Below, piece after piece: positions 53,809-64,000 of a stretch of DNA of 64,000 nucleotides. The DNA comes from Alphaproteobacteria bacterium. GTDB lineage: Bacteria > Pseudomonadota > Alphaproteobacteria > Sphingomonadales > Emcibacteraceae. Position 1 is the stretch's first letter, and each line of letters begins with the position of its first letter. Under the pieces are notes generated by a model, which saw only the letters and a program-made list of their open reading frames with translations, ran no database searches and was not told the DNA's origin. Position numbers and translations under genes: made by a program. Location of the stretch: positions 90,637-154,636 of the forward strand of contig JAGREE010000005.1 of the NCBI GenBank assembly GCA_020446675.1, read 5' to 3'.

Positions 53809-54711
53809 ATGAATAAGATGACTTTATATCGGTTTTTAATTTTAGGGTTCATGACGGCGGTTTTAAGTGCCTGCGGCACCGAGCAGCCATTGCAGACATC
53901 GGCACCGCCACCACCGGGTGTTAAAATCGGGGAACCCTATAAAGTTGCCGGAAAATGGTACACACCAAAAGAGGACCCCACCTATAACGAGGTGGGGATT
54001 GCGTCATGGTACGGCGAGGAATTTCACGCAAAAAGAACCGCCAATGGCGAAGTCTATGATATGAATTCGCTGACAGCGGCCCATACAACCCTGCCGATGC
54101 CCAGCTACGTGCGGGTGACCAATCTGGAAAATAACCGTTCCCTGATATTGCGGGTTAATGACCGGGGACCGTTTGTCGGCAACAGGCTGATTGATGTTTC
54201 GCGTCGCGGCGCGCAGCTGCTGGGTTTTGAAAAGCGCGGCACAACGCGGGTAAGGGTTGAGGCCGTATCCGGCCCGGATGCCCCGGTACAGATTGCCAGA
54301 CCCGTAGACCAACCCCCGATACAAAAACAGGAAGTGGCCAGCGTGAATGTTGAATCGCTTGAGGTTCTTGAGCCATTACCATCCCAGTCCGCACCGTCCC
54401 AGCCAATTCAGACACAATCCATACAGTCGCCGTCAGCCCCCATGCAGGTGGCCTCCCTAAGCCCGGCAATGCAGGAACAGGGCGACCTTTATATTCAGGT
54501 GGGGGCCTATAGCCAGATCGGCAGTGCATCGCGCGTTATGACTGCGGTCAGTCAGGTCGGTGAAACAATGCTTGAAAGTATTGTTGTTAACGGGCGCAAA
54601 TTATATCGGGTGCGTGTCGGTCCGCTTCCATCCAGAACAACTGCCGATGCGGCATTACAGCAGATTTTAAAATTAGGACATAATACCGCCAAAGTCATAT
54701 TCGATGACTAA
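53809..54711 (+). CDS. rlpA: Septal ring lytic transglycosylase RlpA-family lipoprotein with SPOR domain
   Basis: Lipobox LSAC. DPBB core (GIASWYGEEFHAKRTANGEVYDMNSLTAAHTTLPMPSYVRVTNLENNRSLILRVNDRGPF). C-terminal SPOR-like segment (YIQVGAYSQ...YRVRVGP). Confidence 0.9.
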   Translation: MNKMTLYRFLILGFMTAVLSACGTEQPLQTSAPPPPGVKIGEPYKVAGKWYTPKEDPTYNEVGIASWYGEEFHAKRTANGEVYDMNSLTAAHTTLPMPSYVRVTNLENNRSLILRVNDRGPFVGNRLIDVSRRGAQLLGFEKRGTTRVRVEAVSGPDAPVQIARPVDQPPIQKQEVASVNVESLEVLEPLPSQSAPSQPIQTQSIQSPSAPMQVASLSPAMQEQGDLYIQVGAYSQIGSASRVMTAVSQVGETMLESIVVNGRKLYRVRVGPLPSRTTADAALQQILKLGHNTAKVIFDD

Positions 54712-54746
54712 GCGGTGCAAACAGAAATAAATCAAGGTAATTAAGA

Positions 54747-55928
54747 ATGAAACTCAAAAAATCATTTCGTCTTCTCATCCTCGCAGGTCTTTCAACAGCC
54801 ACAATGGCAAGCGTCCTGAATGCCCAGACACTGTCGACCCCGGCCGAGCAGGCCATCCTGATAGAAGCGTCGACCGGTGATATTCTGTTTGAAAAAAATG
54901 CAGATGTACAAATGACCCCGTCATCAATGAGCAAGCTGATGACGGTTTATATCGCTTTTGAACAGCTGAAAAACGGCAGTTTGTCGCTTGAGGATACTTT
55001 TACGATCGAAGATACACCGACCTGGCGGGAATGGCGAAACACCAGCACGAATGATAGAGGGTCAACCATGTATGTGAATGCTGGTGACACTGTGACGATT
55101 CATGATCTGCTCAGGGGGATAATTGTTCAGTCTGGCAATGATGCCTGTGCCCAGATAGCTCTTGCGATTGCCGGTGATGTGGGCGTGTTTGTTAATATGA
55201 TGAATGATGAAGCGGCGAAACTTGGCCTTACTCAAAGTCATTTTACCAATACCAATGGCTGGCCTGATCCTGATCATTATATGTCTGCCCATGATATTGC
55301 GACGCTTTCCCTTAAAATTGCGACAGAATTTCCGGAATATTATCCGATCTTTGCCGAAAAATCATTCAGCTATGCCGGGGTAAACCAGCCTAACCGTAAC
55401 CGGTTATTATATCGGGACCGTGTTAATGCGGATGGCCTTAAAACCGGCCATACCGAGGACGGTGGATACGGGCTTGCATCGTCCGCCGTGATGGATGGGC
55501 GTCGTTTGGTGCTGGTTGTGAATGGAATGAGCAGTGATAATGCGCGGATAAACGAATCTGAAAGACTGCTTAATTACGGGTTTCGGAATTTTGGAATTTA
55601 TGACATGCTCAAAGCCGGACAGACGATCGACAATGCCAATGTCTGGCTAGGACAAGAGGCTACAGTACCCCTTGTATCAGAACAGGATGTCACCCTTTCC
55701 ATGAACAAACAGGACCGCCGGAATATGACGGCCAAGGTTATTTATGACGGTCCGATTTCGGCCCCGATCAAAAAAGGACAGCCGATTGCAACGCTTGAAA
55801 TTTCAGCAAAGGATATGCAGACAAAATCATATCCGCTGGTTGCTGGAAAAGACATTGACAGTCTTGGTGGTATGAGCCGGATCAAGGCTGCCTTTATGTA
55901 TATGCTGATGGGTTCATCGGGTGACTAA
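54747..55928 (+). CDS. D-alanyl-D-alanine carboxypeptidase (PBP5/6 class)
   Basis: SxxK (SMSKLMT), SxN (SGND) and KTG (KTGHT) motifs plus a signal peptide. Confidence 0.9.
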   Translation: MKLKKSFRLLILAGLSTATMASVLNAQTLSTPAEQAILIEASTGDILFEKNADVQMTPSSMSKLMTVYIAFEQLKNGSLSLEDTFTIEDTPTWREWRNTSTNDRGSTMYVNAGDTVTIHDLLRGIIVQSGNDACAQIALAIAGDVGVFVNMMNDEAAKLGLTQSHFTNTNGWPDPDHYMSAHDIATLSLKIATEFPEYYPIFAEKSFSYAGVNQPNRNRLLYRDRVNADGLKTGHTEDGGYGLASSAVMDGRRLVLVVNGMSSDNARINESERLLNYGFRNFGIYDMLKAGQTIDNANVWLGQEATVPLVSEQDVTLSMNKQDRRNMTAKVIYDGPISAPIKKGQPIATLEISAKDMQTKSYPLVAGKDIDSLGGMSRIKAAFMYMLMGSSGD

Positions 55929-56553
55929 TCCCGGAAAATTCATAACATTTGAAGGCGGCGAGGGGGTTGGTAAATCCACCCAGGTTAATATTATTGTTAA
56001 AAAACTGACGGATTTGGGCATTGACGTGGTCCAGACCCGGGAGCCGGGCGGTGCCCCCGGTGCCGAAGAAATCCGCGCCCTTCTTGTGACAGGTGGCACC
56101 GATAAATGGCAACCAATGACCGAGGCACTTTTGCATAATGCGGCGCGGGCAGAACATCTGGACGTAACCGTAAAGCCGGCGCTTGCCGCAGGTAAATGGG
56201 TCATATCTGACCGTTATACGGATTCAACCATTGCCTATCAGGGCTATGGACAGGGCATATCCACGGAAACGCTTCTTGATCTTCATCGCCTCAGTACCGG
56301 GGATTTCTGGCCCGAACTGACAATTATACTGGATGGCCATGAACTTCACCGTGCCAAAAGCCGGGAAATTGAAAATGCCTCCAATGAAGACCGGTACGAG
56401 CGAATGGGCGAGGATTTTCATCAGAAACTGCGTCAGAGTTTTCGCGATATTGCCAAAAAGAATGAGAAAAGATGTGTCCTTGTCAGTGCGGATGGCACCA
56501 TTGATGATGTAGCTGAGAGGGTCTGGAAAATTATTGAGGACCGCTGTCTATGA
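55921..56553 (+). CDS. tmk: Thymidylate kinase
   Basis: P-loop FEGGEGVGKSTQ, TREPGG and DRYTDSTIAYQG. Confidence 0.93.
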   Translation: MTNPGKFITFEGGEGVGKSTQVNIIVKKLTDLGIDVVQTREPGGAPGAEEIRALLVTGGTDKWQPMTEALLHNAARAEHLDVTVKPALAAGKWVISDRYTDSTIAYQGYGQGISTETLLDLHRLSTGDFWPELTIILDGHELHRAKSREIENASNEDRYERMGEDFHQKLRQSFRDIAKKNEKRCVLVSADGTIDDVAERVWKIIEDRCL

Positions 56554-56978
56554 AAAAAATAGTGTGGATTATTTCTATTTTGTTCGGTTCTTTTTATCTC
56601 GCCTCCTGCGGGACGATGCATACGGATTGCACAACGCTGATTAATGATCGTGATGCTTATCGGCAATGCACGGCCAATCAGGGCAATGCTGTTTCACAGT
56701 TTGAACTCGGGGTGGCTGCGTTTGACCGTGAGGACTATAAAACGGCCATTAGCTGGCTTAAAAGAGCCGCAAAACCCCGCCTGACCAAAAGGGAAGCGTA
56801 TATTGACCAACCAACAGGAAGCAGGCGCGATCTGGCATATGAGGAAGATAAGAATATGGGTACTCCCGGACATCAGGGGGCACAGCGGCTTCTGGTTAGA
56901 ATCTATGAAGAAGGGATCGGTGTTCCGGTTAATCACAAAGAAGCGGAACGCTATCGTCAGATGATCCAAGCGCAATAA
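56550..56978 (+). CDS. Small Sel1-like repeat lipoprotein
   Basis: Lipobox YLASC. SLR-like units (QFELGVAAFDREDYKTAISWLKRAA; AQRLLVRIYEEGIGVPVNHKEAERY). ATGA overlap with tmk. Confidence 0.7.
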   Translation: MKKIVWIISILFGSFYLASCGTMHTDCTTLINDRDAYRQCTANQGNAVSQFELGVAAFDREDYKTAISWLKRAAKPRLTKREAYIDQPTGSRRDLAYEEDKNMGTPGHQGAQRLLVRIYEEGIGVPVNHKEAERYRQMIQAQ

Positions 56979-58520
<1,542 letters not shown>

Positions 58521-58529
58521 GAGTATTGG

Positions 58530-59792
58530 ATGATACCATCCGCTAGAATAGAAGCCGTAATTGACCTTACGGCGCAGGTTGCTCATTCCTTAAAAGAAAA
58601 TGGCCCGGCTGCGGATGTAATTGTGCGCAATTTTTTCTCGACCCGTCGTTATGCGGGATCAAAGGACAGGCGCAGAATTACGGGTCTGCTCTATGAAATT
58701 ATTCGCCAATGGGGCTTTTTGGCGGACATATCTGATACTAATCCTCGTCTTATGGTTATGGCGGCCTTAAAGCAGATGGATGATGACCCACTTAAATATT
58801 TTACCGGTGAAACCCATGCGCCTGATCAATTAACTGACAGGGAAAAAAAGTTTCTTGAGACTTTGCCCCAGGAGCAGGAAGACCATCACAGGTTAAACTA
58901 TCCAAAATGGATGGAAGCAGCGCTTAAAGAACGTTTTGGTGTAAAATTTAATGAGGAATTGTTGGCTTTAAATGAGCGGGCACCCCTAACGCTGAGAATA
59001 GCCAGAAATTCAGAAAAAATTATTACGTTTCTTGAAGATAAAGATATCGCTTACCATCGGGGAATTCATGCAAACAGCGCTCTCATTATTGAAGAGCAGC
59101 AGCAAATCCGCGACTGGCCAATATACCGTGAAGGGCTTGTCGAAATCCAGGATGAAGCAGCGCAGCTTGCCGTGAAATATGTGGAACTAAGACCGGGGCA
59201 ACAGGTCATGGACTTATGTGCCGGAGCAGGGGGTAAGGCTCTTGCGGCAGCGGGCTATATGAAAAATAAAGGCCAGATTTATGCGTTTGATATTCATGAA
59301 AGCCGCTTAAAAGAGCTTAAATTAAGAGCAAAAAGGGCAAAGCAGCATATCTTTCAGTCTTATGTGTTAACACCAAAAAACAGAAATGAAAAACTGGCGG
59401 AATTTAAGGAAAAAATGGACCGGGTGATTGTTGATGTCCCCTGTAGCGGTACGGGGACCTGGCGGAGAAATCCGGAAAGTAAGTGGCGAATGACGCCGGA
59501 CCTTCTGAAAGAATACATCAACACGCAGACAACACTTCTGGAAGAAGCCTGGCAGGCGGTAAAACCGGGCGGACGCGTAGCTTATATGACATGCTCCGTT
59601 TTAAAATCTGAAAATGAAGATCAGATCCTATCCTTTTTGAAAAAACATGAGGATGCTGCACTGGTGCCTATTAAAAAAAATGGTATTGAGCAGCTTGACG
59701 GAACCTTGCAGCTTAGTCCCTATAGCCGCGGAACAGATGGTTTTTTTGTGGCAATTTTAGAGAAAACAGATATAAACAGCAAAAGCAAATGA
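58530..59792 (+). CDS. RsmB/NOP2-family SAM-dependent RNA (cytosine-C5) methyltransferase
   Basis: DLCAGAGGKALA SAM motif and catalytic Cys motifs DVPCSGTGTWRRNPE and YMTCS. Confidence 0.85.
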   Translation: MIPSARIEAVIDLTAQVAHSLKENGPAADVIVRNFFSTRRYAGSKDRRRITGLLYEIIRQWGFLADISDTNPRLMVMAALKQMDDDPLKYFTGETHAPDQLTDREKKFLETLPQEQEDHHRLNYPKWMEAALKERFGVKFNEELLALNERAPLTLRIARNSEKIITFLEDKDIAYHRGIHANSALIIEEQQQIRDWPIYREGLVEIQDEAAQLAVKYVELRPGQQVMDLCAGAGGKALAAAGYMKNKGQIYAFDIHESRLKELKLRAKRAKQHIFQSYVLTPKNRNEKLAEFKEKMDRVIVDVPCSGTGTWRRNPESKWRMTPDLLKEYINTQTTLLEEAWQAVKPGGRVAYMTCSVLKSENEDQILSFLKKHEDAALVPIKKNGIEQLDGTLQLSPYSRGTDGFFVAILEKTDINSKSK

Positions 59793-59810
59793 AAGAGATG
59801 ATTTAACGTT

Positions 59811-61358
59811 ATGACTGACCGGATTTTAATTATTGATTTTGGTTCACAGGTTACCCAGCTCATAGCAAGAAGGGTTCGTGAAAGCGGTGTTTATTCTGAA
59901 ATAATTCCATTCAATAAGGCCGAAGAAATATTGGAAAAATTTAATCCGAAAGGGATTATTCTCTCCGGCGGACCCAATTCCGTTTATGAAATAGATACGC
60001 CGCGCGCACCGGAAGCGGTTTTTAAAATGGGGGTTCCGGTTCTGGGAATTTGTTACGGCGAACAAACCATGTGTGAGCAGATGGGCGGACGCGTACAGAC
60101 ATCGGATGAGCGCGAATTCGGTCGTGCTTTTATTGAAATTAAAGCGGACAGTCCATTGTTTGAAGGATTCTGGGATGTTGGCAGCAAACACCAGGTCTGG
60201 ATGAGCCACGGTGATAGAATAGACGCCATTCCGGAAGGCTTTAAAGTAATCGCCACCAGTGGCAATGCACCCTTCGCGGCAATCGCCAATGAGGAAAAGA
60301 AATTTTACGGTGTTCAGTTTCATCCGGAAGTGGTTCACACAACTGACGGGGCAAAACTCCTTGATAATTTTGTGAAAAAAATAGTGGGCTGTACAGGTGA
60401 CTGGACAATGGCATCTTTCAGGGAAACGGAAATTGCCAAAATCCGTGAGCAGGTTGGTACTGGCAGGGTTATTTGCGGTCTTTCCGGGGGCGTTGACAGC
60501 TCTGTTGTGGCGGTGCTGCTTCATGAAGCCATTGGCGATCAGCTAACATGTGTATTTGTTGACCATGGCTTGATGCGTGCTAATGAGGCTGATCAGGTTG
60601 TCAGCCTGTTTCGCGAACATTATCATATCAATCTCGTTCATGTGGATGCGGAAGACCTTTTCCTTGGCAAACTTGCCGGTGTTGATGACCCGGAAAAGAA
60701 AAGAAAAATAATCGGCGGGCTGTTCATTGATGTTTTCGAGGAAGAAGCAAGAAAAATTGGTGGTGCGGACTTCCTGGCTCAGGGAACGCTTTATCCTGAT
60801 GTAATTGAAAGTGTGTCATTTACAGGCGGGCCAAGCGTAACCATAAAATCGCATCATAATGTTGGCGGTCTTCCTGAGCGGATGAATATGGCACTTGTGG
60901 AGCCACTTCGTGAGCTGTTCAAAGACGAGGTAAGGGAACTGGGCCGCGAGCTGGGTCTGCCGGAGGCCTTTATTGAACGTCACCCATTCCCCGGACCTGG
61001 ACTTGCTATTCGTGTGCCAGGTGCTGTGACGAAAGAAAAATGTGATATTTTAAGAAAAGCGGATGTGATTTATCTGGAAGAAATTAAAAAAGCCGGCTTA
61101 TATAATGAAATTTGGCAGGCGTTTACAGTGCTTCTTCCGGTCAGAACGGTCGGGGTGATGGGCGATGCTCGCACTTACGAATATGTATGTGCCCTGCGGG
61201 CTGTGACCTCCACAGATGGCATGACGGCAGATTATTATCCCTATTCGCATGACTTTCTCGGTCATGTTTCCACACGTATTATCAATGAAGTTCGCGGCAT
61301 AAACCGCGTGGTATATGACATCACGTCAAAGCCCCCTGGAACAATTGAATGGGAATAA
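59811..61358 (+). CDS. guaA: GMP synthase (glutamine-hydrolysing)
   Basis: GATase (GICYGEQ), PP-loop SGGVDSSV and C-terminal GDARTYE...PPGTIEWE. Confidence 0.96.
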   Translation: MTDRILIIDFGSQVTQLIARRVRESGVYSEIIPFNKAEEILEKFNPKGIILSGGPNSVYEIDTPRAPEAVFKMGVPVLGICYGEQTMCEQMGGRVQTSDEREFGRAFIEIKADSPLFEGFWDVGSKHQVWMSHGDRIDAIPEGFKVIATSGNAPFAAIANEEKKFYGVQFHPEVVHTTDGAKLLDNFVKKIVGCTGDWTMASFRETEIAKIREQVGTGRVICGLSGGVDSSVVAVLLHEAIGDQLTCVFVDHGLMRANEADQVVSLFREHYHINLVHVDAEDLFLGKLAGVDDPEKKRKIIGGLFIDVFEEEARKIGGADFLAQGTLYPDVIESVSFTGGPSVTIKSHHNVGGLPERMNMALVEPLRELFKDEVRELGRELGLPEAFIERHPFPGPGLAIRVPGAVTKEKCDILRKADVIYLEEIKKAGLYNEIWQAFTVLLPVRTVGVMGDARTYEYVCALRAVTSTDGMTADYYPYSHDFLGHVSTRIINEVRGINRVVYDITSKPPGTIEWE

Positions 61359-61474
61359 GCCTTAATTTGGCCAAATTAATTGCATTTATAAGCAATGGTT
61401 GATTGCCTTATGGGATAAGGTCGGCTATTTTGTCGCCTATATATATTTATTAATAAAAAGAACAGGAGACGCAG

Positions 61475-62107
61475 GTGTCAGATGCGTTTATTCGCGAAGT
61501 AGAAGAAGACATTCGCCACAAACAGATAAGTGATTTATGGAAGCGTTATGGCAAGCTGGTGATCGGCATGGCTGTCGGAATTGTATTGGTCGTTGCCGGG
61601 CGTTCGCTTTATACGTATATCGTTGAAGGCAAATATAATAGACAGGCGGAAGCCTATACAGACGCCCTAAAGTTGCCCGCGGATAGCCAAAGCAGTGCTC
61701 TTGATCCTATTATTGCCAGCGGTGTTGATGGATATGAAATTGTGGCATCATTTAAAAAAGCACAGCTCGCGCTGGAAAAAGATGATAAGGCAGGGGCTGT
61801 TGCAGTGCTTGATAATTTTATAAAAAATGCTGATGTTGCAGATGTTTATAAGGATATGGCCAATATTCAGGCAGCTATTATTGAACTTGATACGGCCTCA
61901 ACAGACGCAATTCGATCCCGCCTTGCTCTGATCCTGAATGGTGATACTTCATTTAAATATCTGGCTGCTGAGCTGATTGCATTATCCGAATTAAACAGCG
62001 GTGACAATGAGGCGGCAAAAACAAGTTTGCAATCCCTTATTTCAAATGCGGACGCTCCAGCACCGGTAAAAAATCGTGCCGAACAATATTTAAGTGTTAT
62101 TGAATAA
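61475..62107 (+). CDS. YfgM-like TPR-type membrane-anchored protein
   Basis: N-terminal cytoplasmic segment, one TM segment (LVIGMAVGIVLVVAG) and a helical-repeat periplasmic part. It occupies the conserved position upstream of bamB-der. GTG start. Confidence 0.65.
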   Translation: MSDAFIREVEEDIRHKQISDLWKRYGKLVIGMAVGIVLVVAGRSLYTYIVEGKYNRQAEAYTDALKLPADSQSSALDPIIASGVDGYEIVASFKKAQLALEKDDKAGAVAVLDNFIKNADVADVYKDMANIQAAIIELDTASTDAIRSRLALILNGDTSFKYLAAELIALSELNSGDNEAAKTSLQSLISNADAPAPVKNRAEQYLSVIE

Positions 62108-62121
62108 TAGTAGGAAATTTT

Positions 62122-63474
62122 ATGGCCACCAAAATCGAATTGCCATTTGTCCAGCATAAAAAAATAAAGGGTGCTTTTGGTATATGTATAGCAGCACTGC
62201 TTTTAACATCGTGTGGTGGCGGAGCCAATAACAGAGATACGATCGAAGGGGATAGATTTTCAGTTTTAACCTTTGAGCAGGAGCTGCAGGCAGATCCACA
62301 GCTTAAAGGGTCGACTATCATTCTACCAAAACCGTATGTTAATGAAAATTGGGCCCAGGCTGGTGGGAACCGCCAGCATGTAATGGAACATCTCCAGATT
62401 GCTGATAACCCCAAAAAAGTTTGGAGCCATGATATTGGCGAAGGAACGACAGGGCGTAAAGCGCTTGTTTCTGAACCTGTTGTTAAAGATGGCGTTCTTT
62501 ATGCAATCGATGCATCGGCCAGGATTACAGCTATTAATTCTGAAACCGGCAAGCGCTTATGGGATCATAAATATACCATGAAAGGCGAGACTAAAATGCT
62601 AGCCTATGGTGGTGGTGTAACGGTTGGTGATAATGCGCTTTACTTTGTCACTGGGTATGGTCAGTTTGGCGCTCTTAATCTTTCGGATGGCAGTGAACTC
62701 TGGGTCAGGGAAATTGGTGTCCCTATGCGTGGATCACCAACATATGCTGATGGACGTGTGTTTGGTGTGACCCATGATAATCATATTTTCGCTCTGAATG
62801 CGGACGACGGAGAAATTATCTGGGACGAAGTGGGGATTGCCGAAAATGCAGGACTTGCCGGTAATGCCAGTCCGGCCGTGTTTGAAAATACGGTGATTGT
62901 TGGTTATTCATCTGGTGAAGTATATGCAATGCGTGTTGAAAACGGACGAGTTGTCTGGACAGATACTATAAGCCGCCAGGGACAATTGACTGCTATGGCC
63001 TCATTACGGGATATTGATGGCCATCCCGTAATATATGATGGAAATGTCTATCTTATCAGTCATAGTGGCCGTATGGTTGCGATTAATATAAGAACCGGCA
63101 TTCGTCTTTGGGAACAGAATGTGGGGTCTGAGCATACGCCATGGGTGATTGGTGAATTTATTTATGTCGTCAATACTGATTCACAGGTGATCTGTATGTC
63201 ACGGCGTGACGGTCGGATAATCTGGATAACTCAACTGGAACGTTTTGCTGACCCTGAAATCCGAAAAGAACCTGTGGACTGGAATGGTCCTGTTGTTGCC
63301 AGTGACCGTGTGATCGTGACTTCCACTCATGGTTATGCCGTAACCTTGTCTCCTTATAATGGTGCTGTGACAGGAGGATTGAAGCTGCCTTCAGATTCGA
63401 CTATGGGACCAATAATTTCAAATGAGTCACTTTACTTTTTACTGAAAAATGGTGACATCGTTGCAATGCGATAA
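62122..63474 (+). CDS. bamB: Outer membrane protein assembly factor BamB (PQQ-like beta-propeller lipoprotein)
   Basis: Lipobox LLLTSCGG. Repeated beta-propeller blades (DGVLYAIDASARITAINSETGKRLW, etc.). der lies downstream. Confidence 0.85.
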   Translation: MATKIELPFVQHKKIKGAFGICIAALLLTSCGGGANNRDTIEGDRFSVLTFEQELQADPQLKGSTIILPKPYVNENWAQAGGNRQHVMEHLQIADNPKKVWSHDIGEGTTGRKALVSEPVVKDGVLYAIDASARITAINSETGKRLWDHKYTMKGETKMLAYGGGVTVGDNALYFVTGYGQFGALNLSDGSELWVREIGVPMRGSPTYADGRVFGVTHDNHIFALNADDGEIIWDEVGIAENAGLAGNASPAVFENTVIVGYSSGEVYAMRVENGRVVWTDTISRQGQLTAMASLRDIDGHPVIYDGNVYLISHSGRMVAINIRTGIRLWEQNVGSEHTPWVIGEFIYVVNTDSQVICMSRRDGRIIWITQLERFADPEIRKEPVDWNGPVVASDRVIVTSTHGYAVTLSPYNGAVTGGLKLPSDSTMGPIISNESLYFLLKNGDIVAMR

Positions 63475-63507
63475 GCATTGCACCAACAATTTATGAATTG
63501 ATTTTAA

Positions 63508-64000
63508 ATGATTTTCACAGTCGCAATTATCGGAAGACCGAATGTAGGGAAATCGACACTCTTTAATCGGCTTGTTGGCAAAAGGCTTGCGCTCGTGGAT
63601 GATACACCGGGCGTAACCCGTGACCGCCGTGACGCAATGGCATCGCTGGGTGAATTTAAATTCCGTATTGTTGATACTGCCGGGCTTGAAGAAGGCAAAG
63701 ATGACAGCTTGTCTGCGCGAATGCGTAAACAGACTGAAATAGCTATTGAAGAAGCTGATTTTACCCTGTTTATGATTGATGCCCGTGCTGGCGTTACGCC
63801 ACTGGATAAACATTTTGCCGATATATTGCGCAGAGGAAAGAAGCCGGCAATCTTAATCGCCAATAAGTCCGAAGGCAAAGCAGGGGAAGCGGGTATGTAT
63901 GAGTCATTCTCCCTCGGCCTTGGGCAGCCGATCCCCTTATCTGCTGAGCATGGTGAAGGACTTGCGGACCTGATTGATGCGTTTGATGAAAAACTGCGTG
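63508..64000 (+). CDS. der: Ribosome-associated GTPase Der/EngA (3' end outside window)
   Basis: The ATG at 63508 opens a frame to the window end. G1 [10 protein letters not shown]3 DTAGL and G4 NKSE. It is absent from the ORF track because no stop is reached. Confidence 0.92.
   Translation, partial: MIFTVAIIGRPNVGKSTLFNRLVGKRLALVDDTPGVTRDRRDAMASLGEFKFRIVDTAGLEEGKDDSLSARMRKQTEIAIEEADFTLFMIDARAGVTPLDKHFADILRRGKKPAILIANKSEGKAGEAGMYESFSLGLGQPIPLSAEHGEGLADLIDAFDEKLR

Noticed and set aside
61362-61420. Perfect 18-nt palindrome TTAATTTGGCCAAATTAA and two short hairpins after the guaA stop
   Set aside because: No T-run follows, the stems are AT-rich and no repeat occurs elsewhere in the window. 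It may be a weak guaA terminator, but the sequence alone does not support that.

Overview
This 64-kb chromosomal segment probably comes from a marine-type alphaproteobacterium. I infer that from the trkA-trkH-hfq-hflX and yfgM-bamB-der gene orders and a moderate GC of about 42-48% by spot counts. All calls rest on motifs read from the ORF translations and the DNA; no database search was run. Core housekeeping blocks sit at both ends: trkAH, hfq, hflX and mazG on the left, and tRNA-Ser, mltB-like, rlpA, dacC-like, tmk, guaB, rsmB-like, guaA, bamB and der on the right. The middle is accessory. (1) A roughly 15-kb candidate catabolic island spans 20.6-36.0 kb. It holds an alpha-before-beta intradiol dioxygenase pair, a 2OG oxygenase, an M29/NicX-like protein, an IclR regulator, BKACE, an aminotransferase, a CoA-transferase, an SMP-30 protein, a DHDPS-like protein, an HcnABC/LhpBEF-like three-gene dehydrogenase, an SDR and a Tat-sulfatase. 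Its two divergent promoter regions share an operator-like palindrome. (2) A visibly AT-rich block spans 39.0-43.7 kb. It carries a YkgJ-type Cys-cluster protein and, divergently, three tandem paralogues of an unrecognised protein. Each paralogue is exactly 388 aa, and all three align without indels. Each has a strictly conserved degenerate PP-loop-like SSGVDA motif and a QueC-like C-x13-C-x2-C-x2-C cluster. This block is my best candidate for an undescribed system. (3) A Leloir galactose cluster follows at 43.7-49.9 kb. (4) Next to tRNA-Ser(UGA), a SAM-methyltransferase gene appears split by an AT-rich Sel1-repeat gene cassette. A 19-nt duplicate of the tRNA 3' end marks an att-like scar there. 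I found no CRISPR array, rRNA, transposase or integrase.
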